A stretch of DNA of 63,410 nt, counting the filler, from Choristocarpus tenellus KU-1152 (Eukaryota; Protista; Phaeophyceae): the NCBI GenBank assembly GCA_964200185.2. It is 11 parts of 11 records of this genome, joined end to end, with 100 filler letters (N's around TTAATTAATTAA, not from the genome) between each part and the next. Parts side by side here need not be neighbours in the genome. Positions count along the whole stretch, not along the records: positions 22,185 to 25,781 come from CAXNAD020019042.1; positions 25,882 to 29,154 come from CAXNAD020021118.1; positions 29,255 to 38,239 come from CAXNAD020004123.1; 8 more parts are not named here. One strand, written 5' to 3'. Made by a program: the position numbers and the translations under genes. Within the stretch, counting starts at the first letter, position 1. Every line of letters starts with the position of its first letter. Below, piece after piece: positions 24,477 to 35,509 of this stretch. Below the pieces are notes generated by a model that did not search any database, was not told the origin of the DNA, and saw only the letters and a program-made list of their open reading frames with translations.

Positions 24477-26439
24477 CTTGGTTAAAAACACCCTCCCCCC
24501 TGATTAAATAAATATATATATATATATATATGTAACACGAGGCCAGTCATAGAGGCCCTTACCCTAACCCTAACCCTCACATTTTAAGACTCAACAACAC
24601 CCCCTCTTAGGTGGCACCAATCAGAGGAAGAAAGAGTCCTTAGGGTTAGGGGTGTAACTGGTGTGGTTACTCCACGGGTCCCTTGCTTTCTTTACTACAG
24701 GGTTAGGGTTAGGGTTAAGGTTAGGGTTAGGGTTGCTAACCTCTCGGTAGCTTGGTGTAAATCCATACAGACCACGTTAAAATACATGTTTGTCTTGTCT
24801 CTAGTTCACATGCACAGAGTGTGGGATAGGAAATGCATCTTCTAACCCTATCCCTAACCCTAACCCTAACCTTAACCTTTTTCCTCCCAGAAGTGGCCCT
24901 TTGCAACCTACTATGGTACCTCAGGACTGCCAGAAATATATAGTTTAAAATGGATAGTTAAAAAGTTAAACTGTGGTTAAAAAGTTGAAATATAGTTAAA
25001 AAGTTGAGTTTTCAACATTCCGACTCCTGTCGGGTACTATCATAAAAAATGCCATTTAGGCAACAAACCAACACTCACACATTAAAAATAAAAAAATTGT
25101 CACCCACAGCAATGCACAAGAGACTGCATAAAAATGCCATATTATCTCTATAACAATCGGGGTGTTGAAAAGCAGGCACCTAACCCCATCAAAACCTCAC
25201 CACTCCAATGTCTCCTGATGTCTGTGGTAGCCTATCTGTTTCCAGGAGGTCCAGCACTGCTCTCACCATAGCAGAGAGATTGCTGCTGTTCATTCTTGCC
25301 TGTATCTGGGGCTCCCGCCACAAACATACAAACGCCTCCGCAGTCCCTGGAAAAATAATTGTACACAGAAACTGGTTAGAGTTATAGAGCACAAACGCCT
25401 CCACTAACACTAGGAGAGCAATTAAAAAAGGGGAATAGATCAGGGTTAGGGATAAAGCACAAACACCTTCACTAAACACCAGGAGAGCAATTAAAAAAGG
25501 GGAATAGATCAGGGTTAGGGTTGGTGCTGTGCTGGATGTGGTACAAAATGAAGTGAAAAGGAATAGGGTTGTTTGTTCACAGTAGTGATGGATGCATCCT
25601 GCGAAAACTGTTACTCATGTTCCCTTAAGAGGGTGTGTTTTTCACTAGTTCTCCCAAGGGGTGCATGATGCTGTTGTCTATGATTAGAACCTATTAACAA
25701 TACATGGGGGGGGGGGGGTATTGTAGAATTTTCCTTCTTACCTTACGTGCCAAGAATCTTCAAATACCTTGATAAATAATANNNNNNNNNNNNNNNNNNN
25801 NNNNNNNNNNNNNNNNNNNNNNNNNTTAATTAATTAANNNNNNNNNNNNNNNNNNNNNNNNNNNNNNNNNNNNNNNNNNNNGTTCCCCACGCACGTATAC
25901 TGCTCGCGCCGGTTAAAGCGCGGGAAGAAATACTCGCACTATTCACCTGTAACAGATATCTCCAGTACCTTATGTTTCAGTGCTGGAGTTAACTCACCTA
26001 TACTATAGTTGTTGAGATTATTTCGTGGCCTCAATGCTTTAGGGTATGAACGCATGATGATGCCTCCCGGACAACTAAGACTTCATTCATATCTCTGAAT
26101 TTTCCGTTTTAATTTTACCTCTTTGAGGTCTGGAATCTTCCCAAGCGAGAATGATACACAGTGGTTGCATTGTAAGGATTCACAATACAAATGACGAAAA
26201 AAATGCCTTATATGTTACGAAAAGGGCCTTCGCTCCGTCAGTCGTGGTTTACTTTTTTTATCAGCTGTGTTCTAGAGTGACTCCTTCGTTTTCTTAGGGA
26301 GAGGGGGGGGTGGTTCTATTGTGTATTGTGGAAGTAGAATTTTATTTTATATAGAGTGTATTGTACAAGGGATAAAATGCAAAACGGGCAGATCCTGTAT
26401 ATACCTCTTGTTTAGAATGTATCATGATTCAGGTATGAT

Positions 26440-27050
26440 TCATGGTTGAATGGTGGAGCGTGTGGAGGGAAAGGGTATCCTGGCCGGTGGGGTGAGGTGG
26501 GCGGGGTGTAAGTTCTGGCCTGGAATGTTGTGTGATGAGAAAAGGTGGATTTGGACCGTGGTGGCGTTATTTATTTAAATGGGCTATAAGCTTGCTAGGG
26601 AGAGGGTGGAGTCTTGGTGAGGGTAGTGTAGGTGCGATCGAAAAGGGCGGGAATGGGCTAGTGTGTTCCACAGTGGGGGCATGTGAAAGGGTGGTTTGCG
26701 TCCTTACAGAGGCTACCTGTGCAGGTGGGGTGGAGTGAGCAATCGCAAGGGCGGGTACCCTGATGGTCCGAGGGGAGCAGCTCTAGGTAGCTTGGGCAGG
26801 GAGGGAATGAAGGGGAAGGGGCTGGGGGGTGAGGGCGTGGGATGGAGAGTAGGCGAAAAGGTGGGATGGCCAAACGGATAGAGGGCAAGTGTGTGCAGGT
26901 GGATTCAAGCACTGAGGTAAAGGGCTGAGGCACACCCCAGGTCGAGGGTGTGTGGGCAGGTGTAGGGGAACATTGGCAGTTGCATCTGGGAGATGCAGAT
27001 CGGGCAAGGTTCTAGTGTGAGGTGGCGTGGTTGCTGAGGTGGGCGTGTGT
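26440..27050 (-). mobile_element. Possible decayed LINE C-terminal region
   Basis: The minus-strand frame gives HPTCTGSLCKDANHPFTCP, resembling the CxxC..H..CP knuckle of LINE ORF2. Weak. Confidence 0.3.
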
Positions 27051-27626
27051 TTTGCCATAGTAGAAAAATACCTCAAGATAGGGATCCTTCTTGGATGCAC
27101 GGAAAGTCAACATGAAAAAAAATCCAGTTCCCAGGGCAAGGCAGTTATTACTGCATACCTCCTCCAAGTCATGAGTGCTTTTTACTCCGAGTAGATAGTT
27201 TGGTATTCCACGCCACCAATAATGAGGTGCAGCTAAATACTTCGTACTTCAAGTAGCGTCAAGTATCACAATTAATCCTAGGAGGGGCATGTATATGCTC
27301 AGAGCCACAAATCAGAACAGGTCAAGTCATTTCTGTATACACGTTAGCAACAAATAGATACCACCACCACTAATAAGAAGGGCATCCTAGGTCACACCTC
27401 ATTCCCATCCTTTAACTCAGTAGGTGCTGTCAAATTTGTTTGGAAACTGAATCAAAGTAAACGAGAGGTACCCAGTGTTGCACTTCAAGGATGCTGACAA
27501 ATATGTCCAAAATTCGTCCTTTTCGAAAAATGTGTATGGGACACTTTCTGAACTCTGTCAAAAATGTTAAAATATTGGAGAAATCAGCACTCTTAAGGTC
27601 AAACTTATTACTTCATCCATAGAAAT

Positions 27627-27774
27627 GGCTCGAAGTATCTGGGGGGGGTGGAAGCTGTCCATTTGGGGTCAAGTTTTTCATGTCGCGATTTTTGGGTGAT
27701 ATGGTTACGTAAGTCAGATGGACAGCGTAAATGCACTTTTCCTGATTTTGACACAAATGGGCACCCTGGAGTAG

Positions 27775-27809
<35 letters not shown>

Positions 27810-27960
27810 CACTATCCGAGGATATCGGCGAGGAAAAAAAAAAAAAAAAAANNNNNNNNNNAGACAAGTGGGAATCGGAAATACTCCTTTCCCGCTTTTT
27901 AAAAAAAAGGGGCCCCTGGGAAAGGCCCCCCCCCCCCCCCCTCCCAAGATACTTTGGGTC
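27627..27960. mobile_element. MITE family A copy with both ends (GGCTCGAAGTATCT...AGATACTTTGGGTC), internal poly-C and a 10-N gap
   Basis: Inverted termini. The left body matches 38170-38239. Confidence 0.7.
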
Positions 27961-28029
27961 AAATATGGGTGAATTGCAGAAGAATAAAAAACTATCTTGA
28001 AATGCAAAACGGCCAAAACCTGGGTACCT

Positions 28030-28340
28030 CTCGTTTACTTTGTCTCACTACCACAACCTTCTCGTGGCAAGCTGTGCCTGTGTCAGCCTCTTTAGCATGC
28101 CAGACACCCATGAGGTGTTTGACTTCATCCTCCAAACGCTTGCCCACACAATTGAACCTGCAAGTAATTCCACTTTTCAGGTGGGATCCTGAGACACTTA
28201 TTACAAGGTCATCTTGAAGGTACCACTAATGCAGCTATTGTGGTGCCCTCCTGTTGTCCTCTTCAGTTTATCATCTGCAAGTTATTCCCCAAACATAAAG
28301 TTATTGGCAAGAAAACATAATCTGCGTGTGCTTACATTAC
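28030..28340 (-). mobile_element. Decayed 3' end of an RTE-like LINE
   Basis: Remnant peptides (FMFGE.., IPPEKW.., RLEDEVKHLMGVWH) resemble an RTE ORF C-terminus and the 61630-61880 region. Confidence 0.45.
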
Positions 28341-28669
28341 TCGAAGACAACATCCTTCACTTGCTTATTTATTATTGACACCTTTTTGATGCTCTTGGAC
28401 ACAGTTTTCACTACAACATTATTTTTTTGCTTTGTGACAGGGGGTGATCTGACCCTTCCGCTTTACTAATCCCTACGCAGAGCAACGATATACATAAATA
28501 TACCCGATACACTATTTAATACCCACCGATATTTGCAGATGTTGTCATGAGGGACACAAGAAATAATAACAGAAGGCAGAGAATTAGTGTCGTTTGGACA
28601 TTACAGTGAGAGGGGTCCCAAAACGGTGGTCAAAATGTATTTGGAGGAACACTATTAACACAAAACTGG

Positions 28670-29154
28670 AGGAAATAAAGTGAGAGTTTATGAAATGGTC
28701 TGAGTTTTATGGGCCGAAGAATTCTGGTTGACTGGGGGCACAAGACAAGCGTGGGCAGGGAAAAGAAAAAGAAGGAAGCAGGAAGAGAACAAATAGTTAA
28801 GGAAGGGAAGAGAAGGTTAATGGAAATGGGTGGTAGATAAGGGGAAGAATAGAATCCAGTCAGTGATAAAAGGGAAGAGAACCAGGGGTACAAGACGAGG
28901 AGGGGAAACCGAGGCAACCTCCGAGCAAGCTCTCCCGCCCACCCACCCTGTCGCTTGCTCACGAACGACGGGAAACTGGGAAAGGGGGGGGGAGGGGAGG
29001 TCAAGTTCCGGCGGGGTAGATGTCTTTTAGCTCAAAGGCACGGTTTGAAGTGGATCATGAAGGGGTGTTCTTGGATGATTGTGGAGTGGTGTTGAGTGGT
29101 GTGAGAACTGCTGTGGGGTTGAGGGGAGTGGTAACTTGTGTGGGTTGAAAGGTG
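28670..29154 (-). mobile_element. Third partial copy of the palindrome-forming element
   Basis: Colinear similarity with 6685-7165, e.g. GGAGGTCAAGTTC.GGCGGGGTAGAT.TC...TCAAAGGCAC. Confidence 0.75.
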
Positions 29155-31510
29155 NNNNNNNNNNNNNNNNNNNNNNNNNNNNNNNNNNNNNNNNNNNNTT
29201 AATTAATTAANNNNNNNNNNNNNNNNNNNNNNNNNNNNNNNNNNNNNNNNNNNNGCAGAGGGGGCAGCGGGTGGAGGAAGAGAAAGATTTGAGGATCCGT
29301 CAGAGACACTTCAGGACTGCCACCCTACCGACCGACCTCTGCGCCACAGCTCTCGCGTCACAAGACATCAAAAAATAAAAAATAAATGAAAGAGTAGAGT
29401 ACATCAAAATCCAACTTCACATTGTGTAAAAAAAAAAAAAAGATAAAAAAAAAGCGGAAGCAATCCCTCAAGAGCCTGCAGAGAAATCGCATCGGCTTCA
29501 ATCGGTTTCGTAAGGCATCAACACACTTCGGGTTCAGCGTAAATGCAACAGAACTCAAACCTCCACGTGCGAGATCCAAACGCTCTGAACGCTCCCAAAT
29601 TATACAAACACCAATGTTCCTCTTCATGACAAATGTTCCTCTTCGTGAAGTACACTAGACGGCCAACCCCATGCCCACCCCCAAACCCCACCTTTCCTCT
29701 CAACCCCCCAACTACCTCGTGGAAATATCAGTGCACATTGAATCGCATCCCACCTCACCACTCCAACTCCCTGCATCAGCAAATGCCCTCCCAAGGTGGA
29801 CAAACCCCATCACGCCACAACTCAGACTACCCACCACCTCAGAAAAAAGATCCCCAGTGATCATTTTGTTGCACTCCCATGCTAACACCGCCTACGTCGC
29901 TTCCATCAGCTGAGTGGTTTGTAACTGAACTGTGGAGAGGACATCTTTACAGGAGTGCATCTACATTATCGTGGTGGTTTGAATGGGCGAACAGGCCAGG
30001 TCTCATGCCCATTGATACAGATACAGGAGCGGGGGGGGGAGAGGAAGGGGCTGCTGGAGGCAACTAGCCCTGGCATTCAGAACTATCTCTCCGACTACAA
30101 GGGAATCCTCCAATTAAAGAAAAACTCTCCACATCCCACTCTTGACATAGAGGTTCCACTCTGGACACTGTATTGCCTCACATTTTCATTCAAATATCAC
30201 TGCAGTACTCTTCATCACATTATCCCAGCTCTGGTAAAACATGCATCCCATTGGACAAATACAGTTAGATAGGCTACCCTATTCGTGGAAACGTTGCTTT
30301 TCATGCTTTCCCCCCACAGTATTACTGCCAGTGACACTAAACGACTGGCTGTTCACATGAGTGATCGATTGTTGATGGGTCTTCTTCAGTATCATCTGGC
30401 ATGGCACAACCTCCTCCAGGTACCACACGCACGTTGACAGTACTCCCACCATTGACCTATCCCCGCCCTACTTCAGTACTTTGTGATCAAAAGGTTACCA
30501 CGGGACACATTACGCTGTCACGGGACACATTACGGTGTCACAGGACACATCACAGTGTCACTGCACACCAGACCATCAACAATAACATACAGTACCATGG
30601 CCACACTGAACCACAACATGGTACACTACCACTACTGTACTGCTGCATAATACATCCACTATCATACAATCAAAAAGAACAGTCTCCTCGTATACATTTA
30701 ATTGTTTGTGCCGTGAAATGAATGAAGACACTAAAATACTCTTCATTCAAAAGTGCATGCATCGGTGCAAATACTCCATCCAACAACTACCAGGTATGAC
30801 GCAAATCCAAAGTGTGAACAAGGGCATATAATGCATCACCTGCAACAGAAGATAATCATCAAAAAATGTAAACAGTCTCATCCGAACGAAATTGCTAACC
30901 AAGCCAGTACAGCAGCAATCGGTTCAAGAAATCATATGAACAGGGAAATCTTTTATCAATGTAGTGACAAGCCATCTCATCTTCTGAGAGGACACCACCT
31001 CATCACAAAGCTTGGACCATAGTCCTCTGACCATGTACTAGTACCACAGACACTAAGTTACCAATCATTGTTCAAGAACTTCTACTAAGTACTGTGTGTG
31101 CAGTCCTGAGATCAAGATCCTCGAAGTAGAGGTGCGGCTTGGGGATTGGTGTAGGGTAGGAGACCAGTGATCAAAGAGATTGGTGTTGAATTGACCATTG
31201 TCAGGTCTGTCAGGTCATAGAAGGGCTGCAAGAAACATTCCACTTCCTCAAATTGTAGAACACTCACTCTTGAGAGTCTAGCAAGAGGTCTGGACATCTA
31301 TCGATAGGGGGATAATCACATCGTGAAAAATATGAAGGGGTAAAAAGTATTCCACAAACTCATGTCATGTCGAAACTCTTGAAATAGTCTAGCAAGACCT
31401 GGACTACAATCTACTGACAGTGATCATCGTATCACCAGGTGAACATGTAAAAGTTTCAACTCGGGGGATGGGAATTCGAAGACCCTCTGTTGTCCTCCAC
31501 AAGAGCTCAC

Positions 31511-32832
31511 CATGTCCCCAGCATCTCAAAGAAGGTGTGATGGTAGGTGTCCTTGCCCACATCGTCCAGGTCATTGTGTTTTCCACCCGCTCGGATGCAC
31601 TTCTGGGAGTTAACCACTCGTTTCAGTCCAGCCAAGGGTCCTGCAGGGTCAGCCTGCCCCATAAAAATTGACTTGAACTGTACGGGGTATGAGCAGTGAG
31701 TGATAGATGTGGTAGTAGGTTGGGAAGGGTTAACTGATGAGTTACCTTGTATACCTCGGAAAGTGTAATCGGTCACCTCTCTATTCAAATTTGGTACAGT
31801 TGGGGTCAATGGTGGCGTAGGAATGCGTGCATTTTAGGGTGGTCTCTTTGGGAAGGAAGGACTGTCGATGTGGCAGTGGGATGAGAAAAGTAAGGATCGC
31901 ATTTGGACAAGGGGAGGTGTCAAGTTATTAGAGTGACGACAGCATACATCTCAACGTGTCGGAGGGGGGAGGCAAAGCCTGGAGGGTGATAATCACCATT
32001 TGGGTATCACCGCCAACAACGTCAGCCTTGACTAAGTTGACGGGTGGCATAGGATAGGCAAGGCAAAGTCGAGGGGGAAGGGGAGTAAAGTTCAAATAGC
32101 ATGTTGACCATGCCTGTACACTCCAAGACTGAGTTGGATTCACCTGATTCATCCCCGCATTCGCGAACAGGAGCGAAGGGTCGTTCACAGGCACCACAGG
32201 AGATGATGGGAAGAACGCGTGCTCCCTCTGCTGCACGAAGTAGTCAATGAACGCCTGGCGAACCTGAGTCAACGGGGACAAAGAAAAGGGAGAGAGAAAG
32301 GTGGCATCAGGGTTCAATCAAAAACACCCAACGTTGCGAATCCCTTGCCCTGACAGGCATCTCTTCGCCTGGGCGCTGCAACATGCGTTTAATTGGGTTC
32401 AGGCGCAACTACGCAGCGCTGAAAGGCCCCAGCCCAACTCAGGTGTTTGGCTGAGCAAGAAGGAGATGGATTCATCGTCAAGAGCTCAGCTGCAGAGGTG
32501 TAAGCGTACCAAAGGATCGAAATCACACTCACTTTTGCAGATTCCCATTTCTCGAGAGTTGCAACGTCTTCAACGATATCTGCTTCCTGAGTAGCATCCG
32601 TACTTGACATGGACACCCAATGCAGCCCTGGAGTTGTACCTCTTAATTCCGCCCGAGGTTCTACCTTGCGAATGCCATAGCTGGACCAACTCACCACCGT
32701 CCGCTGGACAGGTGTGTGGGCTGCCTTTGACACACGAAGAAAACTCCGGTGGCACCAGGGGGACACAAGGCCTCGAGTGGGCGCCAGTGTGAAGGCGATC
32801 ATCGACGTCACTGGTCTGGAAGTATACTTCAT
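31511..32832 (-). CDS. AARS: Alanyl-tRNA synthetase, 5' three exons: 32832-32533, 32263-32144, 31677-31511; rest not in contig
   Basis: [30 protein letters not shown]|[41 protein letters not shown] is the canonical eukaryotic AlaRS N-terminus. GT/AG sites are in phase. Confidence 0.97.
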
Positions 32833-32992
32833 AGTTTGACGAGCTTTCTCAGGAGCTATGAGCCCCCCCTTGGGCAAGGACTATGATCCAATGTTGTAGC
32901 GTTGTTGATATTAAGGTTAGGGAAGTTCAGTATATTCCCTACCTTCAAACTTTACATTCAAGTGTCATGTTTGCATGGGTTGAACAAGGACA
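32833..32992. promoter_or_regulatory. Putative bidirectional promoter / 5' UTR region
   Basis: Only ~160 bp separate the divergent ATGs of AlaRS and the methyltransferase. Confidence 0.5.
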
Positions 32993-35509
32993 ATGTGGTA
33001 TGCCTTGACCGGGGCCAGGTTTTCCTTTGTCATAGCCCTAGCTTGTTTGGAAGACGGAGTGATCACAACCGCATTCGTCACCCCTCACCCCTACTCCGCC
33101 CGATGTGTGTCTGCTCTGGCGAGCGTGGACCAAGAAGATCTCTACGTCAACAATGACAGAGAAGCGGATCGTTTGTTTGCATTGGCGGGGTCGCTTCATC
33201 TTCGGAGACACCGGTCTCCCGGTGCGCGTGCAGCAGCAATTGAAGCCTTCCGTCAGTCGCTGAATCTCCGTCCAGACTGGGTGGAGACTGATGCGACGTT
33301 TTCTGTTGGCTCGGAGGTCAACAACGTGTTTATGGCCCTAGCAGATGATGACGATGGGAAGCTGTGTCATGGTAGCAGGAATGACGTTTTATCTACTATT
33401 GATTCATGTGTTGCCTCCTCCGTGGAATCGGTCCGTATTGCTCTCTCGGACATTGGCTACACAGCAGGCAAAGTCCTGGACCGGTTCGGGTGGGGACAGC
33501 GCCAAAGATGTCCAGGACCATTTTTTGTGCGCAAGAACATTGACCACACCAAGGTGAGACAAGCATAACAATAATTAGATGTGCTTCGCCCCCTTGCTTG
33601 CATAGCTGATAAAGTTTGGGATCATTTTTACGGTGATCCCTTTTATGTTAATAGGTAAAGGAACTTGTCTGCACCATCCTGTACCCTGTATTACCTTCCT
33701 CAAGCAATCCTCAAACGGGAAGACTTCCCCCCTCACCATAAAGGTTGCAAACAAAGCGTAGCCTCGAGACCAAAAGCTATGAGCCCTCTACCCGCCTGAC
33801 CCCAATCGATATTCGCCGCAATACTACGTACGGAGGCTTCTGTGGTAGCGGAACTTGGGCCACCCCAGGATCCTCTAGACGTTGCGATTCGCCTCTTCCT
33901 TCTGGGCCTGGCGATGCCAAGGTACCAAGTAGAAGCTTGTCTTGGTCCAAGAGCAATGAGGGCACTTACAGGACCACAATTTGGTGTCCTGGCCCGTTGC
34001 CATTCGGATCCTGAAGATCGAGTGGTATCACTTGTCCAACTCTTCCCACTAGATGCCAATGCCCAGCATGAGACAATGTTGGGGCTCCAAGGAGGGGAAT
34101 ACCAAGGCATGGATGGCGACATAGACAAATCAATCAACAGTAGCCATCTAAAACGGCAATCCCTGCAGAGACCAAGGTCACAGGATAATTCTGGTGCATA
34201 TTTCCCTGACCTGCTCAAACCATCAGCTCCGTCAGACCTTGTCTTTGCAACGGACTGGCCTCCACCGGGCTGCACTGCATTGATCGAGGAACCGGTAATG
34301 TATATTGGGCCTGACAGCATTGGGCTTGTGCAACATGGCCCCCGGGCTGGGTGGAAATGGGGTGATAGCAATGTTGTTGGAGATGAAAGGTTTCCAACAG
34401 ATATTCTTGATCTCTGTTGTGGCTCAGGGATCCAGGGCATTGTTGCTGCCACTTGCAGGGACACAGGTAGTGAGTGCATGGTTACTGAGGTGGAAGGACA
34501 GAGGGGTAGTGCAACACGTGTTACGTGCATTGACATCAACCCTCGGGCCGTTCGCTTTTCTCGATTCAATGCTCTCTTGAATGGAGTCGGTGGGCAGGTG
34601 ACAGCTCTAACAGGGGATCTCTACGGCGCTCTTGACCAGTCCGCAACACCTGAAGAGGACGAGCTTCCTAGGCCATTTTTAGAAGTAGAGCCAGGGACAA
34701 CGGATGCTATACCTAATGATACTTTTGTCAGCAAGAGTCATGGAGGTAGCGGTGTTGGTATGGATGTGAGTCTTCAAGGGGGATACGACAGACAGGTCTC
34801 AACACACGCCTCACTGTCAGAGCCATTGGATTCCACTCCCTTAGTCACAGTGACACCCCCAGTCTCCTTTGACTTGATTCTCGCGAATCCACCTTTCGTG
34901 CCAGTGCCTCCCCGGCTGAACTCATTGCTGCGGCGATACGACGTGTTCGCCTCAGGGGGAGCCAGTGGGGAGGACGTCCTGTGTAAGGTGGTGGAGGGGG
35001 CGGTCGGTCATCTTCGCCCAGGAGGCACGCTTGCTGTGGTCACTGAGCTCGCTAACCCTGCCCAGATGGCAACGAAGTTGAGGGAGTGGCTGACCATGGG
35101 AAGCAATACCGGAGAGGGAGATGGGGAACATGCCACAGGCGGAGCCTTTTCATGTGCAGTACTATACCAGGATCCCCCCCTTACTGCAGAAGAGTATGCG
35201 AAGCGCAGGGCTGGGAGAAGGAAGAGGGGCAACATCAATGAAGTTCAAGGTTGGAGGCGGCATCTGGATGGGGAAGGGATCTTGCATATGGCCCCTGGTT
35301 TTATGTTTGTATTGCGCGGACCCCTGTTGTATGGTGAGGAGGTTTCAGTTGGTATGAAGGGCAGTGGAGATTGGGCTAAGAATGGACCAATTTGGGTAGA
35401 ATCGCACCCCACTGAGAAGGTATGGGCTCCTCTGAACACGGCAGCGGTAGAGCAGACAAGACGGGCACTGCAATCAGTGAGGCAGCGGTTGAGAGATGAA
35501 GAGAGGTAA
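32993..35509 (+). CDS. Class I SAM-dependent methyltransferase (MTS/HemK-like, NPPF motif), probably 2 exons: 32993-33553 and ~33837 or 33869 to 35509
   Basis: Motif I ILDLCCGSGIQG, motif II CIDINPRAVRFSRFNA, GDLY, motif IV FDLILANPPF, and HLRPGG. Donor AAG|GTGAGA at 33553. The acceptor is uncertain but must lie after the in-frame TGA at 33797. Confidence 0.85.

Larger units (their letters stand above)
22671..25522. repeat. Cluster of short interstitial telomere-like (CCCTAA/TTAGGG)n tracts in both orientations
   Basis: Tracts at ~22671, 23774, 24211, 24561, 24640, 24699, 24843, 25442, 25512; another at ~59593. Confidence 0.85.

Noticed and set aside
31360-31400. Minus-strand CAG|GTCTTGCTAGACTATTTCAAG resembling the next AlaRS exon (SFGDYFK)
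   Set aside because: It has an in-frame TAG and is one base short. The following residues do not match AlaRS, and a similar motif recurs at ~31270-31295, so it is probably a local repeat.
33733-34569. 278-aa antisense ORF (likewise 49746-50390 and 40861-41430)
   Set aside because: Shadow ORFs opposite real coding exons, with no motifs of their own.
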